Part shown: positions 56,959 through 64,000 of the stretch, piece after piece | Layout: each line of letters starts with the position of its first letter | Numbering within the stretch: position 1 is the stretch's first letter | NCBI GenBank assembly: GCA_024685175.1 | Contig: JAIKWD010000004.1 | Location: forward strand, 3,622-67,621 | DNA: 64,000 nt | DNA from: Bacteroidales bacterium | GTDB lineage: Bacteria > Bacteroidota > Bacteroidia > Bacteroidales > WCHB1-69 | Direction of reading: 5' to 3' | The notes under the pieces: model-generated | Told to the model about the DNA's origin: nothing | The model's database searches: none | The model's input: the letters and a program-made list of their open reading frames with translations, nothing else | Made by a program: the position numbers and the translations under genes

Positions 56959-58309
56959 TCGCTTTTTTTACCACCAATTGTGCGTTCTCGAATTTCGTCA
57001 CCACGATGGGGGTGCCTTTGTCGATGAGGCCATGCTCGGATTCGGCTTCTAGGATTTCGCCGTCAATGTCGATCTTGCCGGCGGGGCGCATAAAGGTGGC
57101 GGCGGTGCCGGTCTTGCCCACGTATGCCTGCATACGCTGGTCTTGGGCCGAATAGCCCTTGTCGGTGTCCAGTCGGGTCTTTAGTGCCAACGAGCCGAAA
57201 CGGGTGTCGGCCGTGATGAGCTTCTTGCCCAGCCATAAAGACAAGAAGAAACCCAATACGGTGCTGAGGAAGACGATGAGCGTACTCTTGCCCAGTTGGG
57301 CGGCGGAGTCAAGGTTGGGGTTGAAATTGAAATGGAAGCCCACGTTGAAGACCATCGTCAGAATGAGGGAAGCCAAAATGAGGATGATGCCGGAGATGCC
57401 GGCAATGCCGAAGCCTGGGATGACGAAGATCTCCAACATCAATAAGACTACGCCGCAAATGAAGACCAGAATTTCCCAATGTTGGGCCAGCCCTTCCAAG
57501 TAATGGGGGGCAAAGAAGAGAAGTGCGCCGATGATGGCGATAATGATGGGAAGCCCAAGACCGGGCGACTGCAACTCGAAATAGAGCCCACCCACGATAC
57601 ACATGATGAGCAGACCGCTCACGACTGGGTTGACCAAGAAGTTGATGAACTTGTCGATCCAGGAGAGATGTTGTTCGTTCACGGTGCTGCCGTCGAGCCC
57701 GGCGGCTTTCAGCACCTCCTCGCGTGTGTTGGCCATTCCTTGGCAATAGCCGTGCTTCACCGCCTCTTCCGAGGTGAAGGTGAGCACCTTACCCTTTTCG
57801 CTGATTCCCTTGACTATCACGTCGGGGTCGACCATCGCCTGCGCGATGTCGGGGTTGCGATGGTTCTTTTCTGCAGTAGCGCGCATAAGGGAGCGCATAT
57901 ACGACTGGTATTTGTCCGGCATTATCTCGCCTTTCTCGTTGACAACGGAGGCAGCACCGAACGAAGAACCAGGCGCCATATAGATGCTGTCGCAGGCGAT
58001 GGCGATGAGTGCACCCGCGGATGCCGCATTGTTGTTGATGAAGACCATCGTGGGCATCGGTGCATTGAGCAACAAGGTCCGTATCTCGTCAGCGGCCTGG
58101 AGCTCGCCTCCAAAGGTGTTCAATTCCAGTAAGATATAGTCGGCTTTCTGCTCGGTGGCATCTTTCACCGCCCGCTCCGTCAACCGTTGTGCCGGCTTCG
58201 AGATGTTGTCGTTAATGGTGTAGTAGTAGACTTTCTTTTGAGCTAATACGTTAGATAAAGCAAGACAAATTATTAATATTGAGAATAATACCTTGTATTT
58301 CATATTCAA
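56954..58309 (-). CDS. NfeD-family membrane-bound ClpP-class serine protease (long form)
   Basis: 451 aa. Signal peptide, ClpP-like N-terminal domain (INNNAASAGALIA), 4-5 transmembrane segments, and a C-terminal OB-like NfeD domain. Confidence 0.75.
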   Translation of the reverse strand: MNMKYKVLFSILIICLALSNVLAQKKVYYYTINDNISKPAQRLTERAVKDATEQKADYILLELNTFGGELQAADEIRTLLLNAPMPTMVFINNNAASAGALIAIACDSIYMAPGSSFGAASVVNEKGEIMPDKYQSYMRSLMRATAEKNHRNPDIAQAMVDPDVIVKGISEKGKVLTFTSEEAVKHGYCQGMANTREEVLKAAGLDGSTVNEQHLSWIDKFINFLVNPVVSGLLIMCIVGGLYFELQSPGLGLPIIIAIIGALLFFAPHYLEGLAQHWEILVFICGVVLLMLEIFVIPGFGIAGISGIILILASLILTMVFNVGFHFNFNPNLDSAAQLGKSTLIVFLSTVLGFFLSLWLGKKLITADTRFGSLALKTRLDTDKGYSAQDQRMQAYVGKTGTAATFMRPAGKIDIDGEILEAESEHGLIDKGTPIVVTKFENAQLVVKKAN

Positions 58310-58330
58310 TGAATTTTACAATGATTAAGA

Positions 58331-61300
58331 TTAATCCAACTCTATTTTATAGGGAACGGGTAAGCGCAAGTTCTTAATGAAAGACTCAGGCTCCACCTTA
58401 GTGCTGAAGTTGAAGAAATCGGCGTAGTAGACATTGTTGTCTTCCACGATGCGGACGGCAAAAGGAATCTTGCCTTTGTGCTTCTCCAATGAAGCCTTGA
58501 GGGCATGGGCTAGCTCCGCACTCACATCGTTGATGCTGAATGCTAGCCGAATCTCTTGACAGAGCTTTTCATAGGAGTCTTCCAGATAGAGGATTTGAAT
58601 GGGCACTACGTCTGCACGTATTGACTCCGAGCCGTCTTTGTTGCGCCAGCTCTTTACCACTAGTCGAGCTCGAACGAACAGACGTTTTCCCGGTTCCAAA
58701 AGATGCCGATACTTGGTGTAGTCTTCGCCAACGAGGAACCAGTTCCAGGAGCCGTCGTAGTCTTCCAGCGTAACACTTCCGTAATCTTTGTTGGAACGTG
58801 TGACCCCAGTGCGGATGTCAGTGACAATGCCGGCAAAAGCGAACGGCTTTCCACTGGAGTAGGCCTTCTTCATGAATTCTTCGTCGTTGAGCTTGGCCAG
58901 ACTGAGATTGCAGTAGTTCTGAATGATAGGTTTGAACTCATCCAGTGGATGTGCGGTGATGTAGAATCCCGCCACCTCCTTCTCGTGTTTTACCTGCTCG
59001 TAGGCACTCCAGGGCTCGCATTGAGGTATCTCAAGCTTACTCTCTTCTTGCAGACTCTCGTCTATATCGAAAATGGAGATCTGGTTTTGAGCTCCTTTCT
59101 GGCTGTTCCCGGAATAGGCGATGAGCTTGTCTATAAAAGTCTGGTTGTTGCCGTAATCGATGAAGAACTGGGCGCGATGGATCTCTTTGAATCCATCGAA
59201 CGCCCCACCCATGGCCAAAGTCTCGATGCAACGTTTGTTGCAGTTGCGCAAGTTGATACGTGACATGAAGTCGAAGATGTCCTTGTATGGGCCATGTGCA
59301 TTGCGCTCTTCCAAGATGCTGTCTACTGCGCTTGCCCCAACGCCTTTCAAGGCGGCGAGACCGAAGCGGATGTCACCATGGGAATTTACGGTAAAGTTAA
59401 ACTCCGACTCGTTGATGTCAGGGCCCAACAACCGGATGTCCTTCTTCTGTGCATCTTCGATGAGAACGCTGATGGATTCTATATCACTGATACTGTTGGT
59501 CATGTTGGCAGCCATGAACTCTGCCCGATAGTGGGCCTTCAAGTATGCGGTCTGGTATGCCACCCATGAATAACAGGTGGCGTGAGACTTGTTGAATGCG
59601 TATGAGGCGAACTTCTCCCAGTCACTCCATATTTTCTCCAATACTTTGGGATCGTGACCATTTTCAGTGCCCTGTTTGATGAATTTGGGCTTGAGATGGT
59701 CCAACTTGTCCCGTTGTTTCTTGCCCATTGCTTTTCGCAAAGTGTCGGATTCGCCGCGGGTGAAGTTGGCCAGCAGACGTGACAAAAGCATAACCTGCTC
59801 TTGATATACTGTGATGCCGTACGTGTCTTTCAAGTAACGCTCCATGATGGGAATGTCGTACTTGATCTCTTCATCGCCGTGCTTGCGGCGGATGAACTGC
59901 GGTATGTAGTCCATAGGGCCGGGACGATAGAGGGCATTCATGGCTATGAGGTCTTCAAACTTGCTGGGCTTCAGCTCTTTGAGGTATTTCTGCATACCTG
60001 CGGATTCAAACTGGAACGTGGCCACCGTATCACCTTCGCAGAACAATTGATAAGTCTCGGGGTCGTCAATGGGGATGGCGTCAATGTCAATGTCTATGCC
60101 CTTGGATTTCTTGATGTTGGCAAGGGTGTTCTTGATGATAGTTAAAGTCTTTAGGCCGAGGAAGTCCATCTTGATGAGGCCCACGTCCTCGATGACGGAT
60201 CCTTCGTATTCTGTGACGAGCACGTCTTCTTTGGAGTTTTTGTCTTCTACGGTGGACAAAGGAGCGAAGTTGGTGAGGTCGTCGGCACCGATGATGACTC
60301 CGCACGCGTGGATGCCGGTCTGTCTAACTGTTCCTTCCAACTGGGAGGCGTAATAGAGCACATCGTGAACCTTTTGACCACCATTTTCAAAGGCATCCTT
60401 CATTTCAGGGACCATTGAGAGGCAATTCTTGATGTTGACCTTCGGCGCTTTGCCCGTCTTGGCGTCTTCGTGAAACCGGTCGGGCACGAGCTTGGCCAAC
60501 CGGTTCGACTCGTTAAGGTCCAAGTCTTGCACCCTTGCCACGTCCTTGATGCTGGACTTGGTGGCCATGGTGCCGTAGGTGATGATGTGGGCCACGCGTT
60601 CCTGGCCATATTTGTTGGTGATCCAGTCGAGTACCTTGTACCGCCCGTCGTCGTCAAAGTCCACGTCGATATCGGGTAAGGAGATTCGGTCTGGATTTAG
60701 AAAACGTTCGAACAGCAAGTCGTATTTGAGCGGGTCTATGTCGGTGATCTTGAGGCAGTAGGCTACCACTGATCCAGCTGCGGAGCCACGTCCAGGGCCC
60801 ACGGATACGCCCATGTTGCGGGCGGCTGCAATGAAGTCCTGCACGATGAGGAAGTAGCCGGGAAAGCCCATGTTGCGCATGACGCCCAGCTCGAAGTCGA
60901 TGCGTTCCCGAATATCGTCAGGTACTGGATCCCCGTAGCGTTTGACGGCTCCGTCGTAGGTGAGTTTGCGCAGGTAGTCGGACTCCAGCTTGATACGGTA
61001 GGCGCGCTCCATGCCGCCCAACTTCTCGATTCGGCCTTTGCTCTCCTCGTCGGCTTCAAATTCGGCCTTGAGGTCCTCTTCCGTGAATTTTTGCTTGTAG
61101 CTTTCCACGGTGCCAAAAGATTCAGGGATGTCGAACACCGGCATGATGGGATCGTGCTTGAGTTTGTAGCATTCCACCTTGTCCACGATCTCTTGGGTGT
61201 TGGCCAAGGCCTCAGGCACGTCGGCGAAGATGGCGGCCATTTCGTCGGGTGTTTTGAGCCATTCTTGCTTGGTGTAATGCATGCGGTCTGTGTCGCTAAG

Positions 61301-62146
61301 CTTCTTGCCTGTGCTGAGACAGATAAGGCGGTCGTGTGCTTCGCCATCCTCTTCGTCCACGAAGTGGGCGTCGTTGGTGGCAATCACCTTGGTGTGGGTC
61401 TCTTCGGCCAGTTGGAGGATAACCTTGTTGACAATCTGTTGGTGCTCGTAAACGGTACGGTCGCCGCCCGGCTTGTCGGTCTTGTGGCGTTGGATCTCAA
61501 GGTAGTAGTCATCGCCGAAGATGCCTTTGTACCAGGCGATGACCTCACGGGCTCGGTCCAAATCCTCGTTCATGATGGCGCGTGGCACCTCGCCCGCCAA
61601 GCAGGCAGAGGACACAATAACCCCCTCGTGGTACTTGGCCAGCAATTCGCGATCAATGCGCGGACGCTGATACTTGCCATCAATCCAGCCGTAGGAGACC
61701 ATCTTGCAAAGGTTGTGATAGCCAGTCTCGTTCTTGGCCAGCAAGATAAGATGATAGCCGCTGAAGTTCTCCTTTTGCTCTTTCACCAAACGGCTTCCCG
61801 TGGGGTTGCTGCGGGTCTGCTTGGCAACGTATGCCTCGCAACCGAAGATAGGCTTGAAAAGCTGGCTTTTGGCTTTGTCTAGCTGTGCTTGGCATTCGAC
61901 AATCTTTTCTTCGTCCTCGAGTTCAGCCAACTCTTTCTCCAATGTTGACACCTTGTTCTTGACGGAACTATTGTGCTTGTCTACATAGTCGGAGAACTCC
62001 TTGATGCCGAACATATTGCCATGGTCCGTGATGGCCAGGGCGTTCATTCCGTTGGCAAGGCATTTTTCAACAAGCTTTGGGATCTTCGACATGCCGTCGA
62101 GGATGGAATATTCCGTATGGACGTGAAGATGCGTAAATTGGGTCAT
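58331..62146 (-). CDS. dnaE: DNA polymerase III alpha subunit
   Basis: 1271 aa. PHP domain (FTHLHVHTEYSILDG), then palm, fingers and OB regions typical of DnaE. Confidence 0.97.
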   Translation of the reverse strand: MTQFTHLHVHTEYSILDGMSKIPKLVEKCLANGMNALAITDHGNMFGIKEFSDYVDKHNSSVKNKVSTLEKELAELEDEEKIVECQAQLDKAKSQLFKPIFGCEAYVAKQTRSNPTGSRLVKEQKENFSGYHLILLAKNETGYHNLCKMVSYGWIDGKYQRPRIDRELLAKYHEGVIVSSACLAGEVPRAIMNEDLDRAREVIAWYKGIFGDDYYLEIQRHKTDKPGGDRTVYEHQQIVNKVILQLAEETHTKVIATNDAHFVDEEDGEAHDRLICLSTGKKLSDTDRMHYTKQEWLKTPDEMAAIFADVPEALANTQEIVDKVECYKLKHDPIMPVFDIPESFGTVESYKQKFTEEDLKAEFEADEESKGRIEKLGGMERAYRIKLESDYLRKLTYDGAVKRYGDPVPDDIRERIDFELGVMRNMGFPGYFLIVQDFIAAARNMGVSVGPGRGSAAGSVVAYCLKITDIDPLKYDLLFERFLNPDRISLPDIDVDFDDDGRYKVLDWITNKYGQERVAHIITYGTMATKSSIKDVARVQDLDLNESNRLAKLVPDRFHEDAKTGKAPKVNIKNCLSMVPEMKDAFENGGQKVHDVLYYASQLEGTVRQTGIHACGVIIGADDLTNFAPLSTVEDKNSKEDVLVTEYEGSVIEDVGLIKMDFLGLKTLTIIKNTLANIKKSKGIDIDIDAIPIDDPETYQLFCEGDTVATFQFESAGMQKYLKELKPSKFEDLIAMNALYRPGPMDYIPQFIRRKHGDEEIKYDIPIMERYLKDTYGITVYQEQVMLLSRLLANFTRGESDTLRKAMGKKQRDKLDHLKPKFIKQGTENGHDPKVLEKIWSDWEKFASYAFNKSHATCYSWVAYQTAYLKAHYRAEFMAANMTNSISDIESISVLIEDAQKKDIRLLGPDINESEFNFTVNSHGDIRFGLAALKGVGASAVDSILEERNAHGPYKDIFDFMSRINLRNCNKRCIETLAMGGAFDGFKEIHRAQFFIDYGNNQTFIDKLIAYSGNSQKGAQNQISIFDIDESLQEESKLEIPQCEPWSAYEQVKHEKEVAGFYITAHPLDEFKPIIQNYCNLSLAKLNDEEFMKKAYSSGKPFAFAGIVTDIRTGVTRSNKDYGSVTLEDYDGSWNWFLVGEDYTKYRHLLEPGKRLFVRARLVVKSWRNKDGSESIRADVVPIQILYLEDSYEKLCQEIRLAFSINDVSAELAHALKASLEKHKGKIPFAVRIVEDNNVYYADFFNFSTKVEPESFIKNLRLPVPYKIELD

Positions 62147-62184
62147 ATTGCGAGGTCGATGGTTTTAGGTTGAAATGTAGCCTG

Positions 62185-62192
62185 CAAATATA
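62185..62192 (-). promoter_or_regulatory. Bacteroidota -7 box TAnnTTTG
   Basis: TATATTTG, 39 nt before dnaE. Confidence 0.55.
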
Positions 62193-62222
62193 CAAAAAAT
62201 GTATTTGGAATCGCAACCGCAA

Positions 62223-62271
62223 CCTCAATCATCCTCCCTCTCACATCCTATCTCATACTTCTCATTCCTCA
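62223..62271 (-). repeat. pyrimidine-rich heptamer array x7
   Basis: CCTCAAT CATCCTC CCTCTCA CATCCTA TCTCATA CTTCTCA TTCCTCA. Directly follows the stop at 62274-62276. Confidence 0.75.
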
Positions 62272-62273
62272 TT

Positions 62274-62825
62274 TTAGAAGTCGGAGTCTATCTCTTTGAG
62301 GTCGATGATGGCGTTGCGACCGTCGATGTAGGACAAGACGAGGGGAAAGTTGGCGCGGTAACTGCATTGTGAGAGCACGAGGCGGTTGCACACGTTGGTG
62401 GTGGTGTCGGCGTTGAGTTGCCACACCGAGTAGTCCGTGGTGAACTTGGCGTATTTGTCCAGCTCGTCCAGGCCGTTCAGCTCCTGGAAGTCGCCGCCGT
62501 ACTTTTCGGTCAGTTTGGTCTTGAGGGCGGAATAGGTGTAGCTGGTGCTGCGGTTGAAGTTGACCACGACGATATAGACGAGGTGGGTCTTTGCGGCGGC
62601 GCGGATCTCGAGTTTGACGCGTTCGCCGGCGAAGGCGCCTTTCATAAACACCGTGTTGTCATGGCTGGTGTTGACATCCTGCACGAAGCCCTTGCCTTTA
62701 AGCTTGTTGACGAACGTGTTCATCGTGCAATTCATATTGATGCCGAGGAACTTCATCGGAGCCGTCTGCGCCGAAGCCACCAGCCCAACGGCCAAGATGG
62801 TAAGGAGTATGACGAATTTCTTCAT
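62274..62825 (-). CDS. secreted protein, function unknown
   Basis: 183 aa. Signal peptide MKKFVILLTILAVGLVASAQ. A -7 box lies 29 nt upstream. Confidence 0.55.
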   Translation of the reverse strand: MKKFVILLTILAVGLVASAQTAPMKFLGINMNCTMNTFVNKLKGKGFVQDVNTSHDNTVFMKGAFAGERVKLEIRAAAKTHLVYIVVVNFNRSTSYTYSALKTKLTEKYGGDFQELNGLDELDKYAKFTTDYSVWQLNADTTTNVCNRLVLSQCSYRANFPLVLSYIDGRNAIIDLKEIDSDF

Positions 62826-62853
62826 TGTTGTTGTCTTTATCGCTAATTCGCGG

Positions 62854-62861
62854 CAAAGATA
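62854..62861 (-). promoter_or_regulatory. Bacteroidota -7 box TAnnTTTG
   Basis: TATCTTTG, 29 nt before the ATG at 62825. Confidence 0.55.
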
Positions 62862-62868
62862 GTATTTT

Positions 62869-62903
62869 TAGGATATAGGGGATAGGAGATAGGAATTAGG
62901 GAA
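62869..62903 (+). repeat. heptamer array (TAGGNNN)x5
   Basis: TAGGATA TAGGGGA TAGGAGA TAGGAAT TAGGGAA, with TAG at an exact 7-nt spacing. Confidence 0.9.
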
Positions 62904-62937
62904 GCGATTTGAAAATGCACGCTACGCCTCTACAAAC

Positions 62938-64000
62938 CTACCAATATTCTATCGCCACGGGTAACGCCGTGTTGCTCGCATATTTGGGCAAGGAGACGGT
63001 GACCTGGCCTTTCTGTATCTTGTACTTCAACTTCTCGCCGGTGCTGAGCAACTTTATCTCGGTACGCTTCGAGGGCAAATTGGTGCGCCACGTCACGGTG
63101 CTCCCAATGGGATGGTCGGCGTCCACGGTAACGATGGCATAACGTACGGTCTTGTCCTTGCTCACGGTGAACCAGACGTTGCCTTCGTTGTAGATGAGCA
63201 CGGGACGCGTGCCGTAGATGGCACTGCCGTTGGCCTGCAACCACTGACCGATCTGCTCCAGGCGCTCCACCACGGCGGGCTCGATGACGCCCTCTGGCGT
63301 CGGGCCGACACCCAGCAACAGACTGCCGCCCTTGGCCACCACTTCCACCAACATATTGATGATCTGCTGCGTCGTCTTGAACTCCGCACCTGGCACATAA
63401 CCCCAGTCCTTGCTCAACGGCACACAGGTCTCCCACGGATATGCCAACTGACGCTCGGGCACCATCTTCTCGGGCGTGCGATAGTTCTCGTACTTGCCCG
63501 TCACGGTGCGGTCCACGACCAACAAGCCGGGCTGGTTCTGCCGCGCCTTCGTCACGATGCGGTCCATATTGATGTCCTCATCAGGCTCACGAACCCAACC
63601 GCCATCCAGCCAAAGGATGTCCAGCGGACCATAATTGGCGGTAATCTCGTTGATCTGGTTGTATACGAAGTTCTTATAACGCTCCCATCGATAGGGATGG
63701 TTCTCAATCTTGTAGTTGACATGACGGTCGGGCGTGGCGTAGCGGTCCCACCAATAGTCCTGCGAATGCCAGTCGGGCTTGGAAAAATAGGCACCCACCA
63801 TAAAATGCTGCTTGCGGAAGGCGTCGAACACATACTTGGCCACGTCGGCCTTCGGGTGGTCGGCAAAGGGCCCCTTGGCTATGGAATAGTTGCTGTATTT
63901 GGTGTCGTACATCGCGAAGCCGTCGTGATGCTTGGTGGTAAAGACCACATATCTCATCCCCGCCTTGCGCGCGGCTGTGGCCCACTGGTCGGGGTCGAAC
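62938..64000 (-). CDS. alpha-L-fucosidase (GH29), C-terminal ~354 codons; gene continues past the right edge
   Basis: The frame stays open to 64000 (...FDPDQWATAARKAGMRYVVFTTKHHDGFAMYDT...). The Met at 63957 is internal to the conserved GH29 block. Confidence 0.85.
   Translation of the reverse strand, partial: FDPDQWATAARKAGMRYVVFTTKHHDGFAMYDTKYSNYSIAKGPFADHPKADVAKYVFDAFRKQHFMVGAYFSKPDWHSQDYWWDRYATPDRHVNYKIENHPYRWERYKNFVYNQINEITANYGPLDILWLDGGWVREPDEDINMDRIVTKARQNQPGLLVVDRTVTGKYENYRTPEKMVPERQLAYPWETCVPLSKDWGYVPGAEFKTTQQIINMLVEVVAKGGSLLLGVGPTPEGVIEPAVVERLEQIGQWLQANGSAIYGTRPVLIYNEGNVWFTVSKDKTVRYAIVTVDADHPIGSTVTWRTNLPSKRTEIKLLSTGEKLKYKIQKGQVTVSLPKYASNTALPVAIEYW

Overview
The window looks like a chromosomal, mostly housekeeping segment of a Bacteroidota genome, possibly Prevotellaceae-like. 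That assignment is an inference from four things: TAnnTTTG -7 promoter boxes in front of most transcription units, no Shine-Dalgarno sequences, many lipoprotein and T9SS-type exported proteins, and GH97/GH3/GH29 glycosidases. I support about 50 protein-coding genes, including groES-groEL, dnaE, sufB, trxB, rplS, galE, pepD, tsaC, tsaD, pfkA, cobB, umuDC, tamB, three FKBP isomerases, an L,D-transpeptidase, GH97, GH3 and a partial GH29. I also found tRNA-Arg(UCU), tRNA-Pro(UGG), and an SRP (4.5S-type) RNA that the ORF track hides under a spurious N-terminal extension of tsaC. I saw no CRISPR array, transposase, integrase or recognisable defence island. The most unusual signal is non-coding. More than half of the intergenic spacers longer than 40 bp are built from degenerate tandem units of 7 nt (sometimes 8 or 16 nt), and each unit carries a TAG, TGA or TAA on one strand. 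The clearest case is (TAGTAGN)x3, which contains the umuC stop codon. Because 7 and 8 are not multiples of 3, the stops rotate through the three reading frames. I do not recognise this as a described element class, and a translation-stop function is only a hypothesis. Other points worth a second look:
- a family of 12-bp-arm hairpins with a CACG loop;
- a 1667-aa T9SS type-B cargo protein (2x CUB-like, P-domain-like, 69-aa tandem repeats, PKD) with no adjacent sprF/porP-like gene;
- a 918-aa secreted Amidase_2+CUB-like protein;
- a tightly coupled sufB / stand-alone riboflavin kinase / Cys-rich lipoprotein / low-GC LRR gene string.
All functional calls come from reading the translations and recalling family motifs. 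No searches were run.
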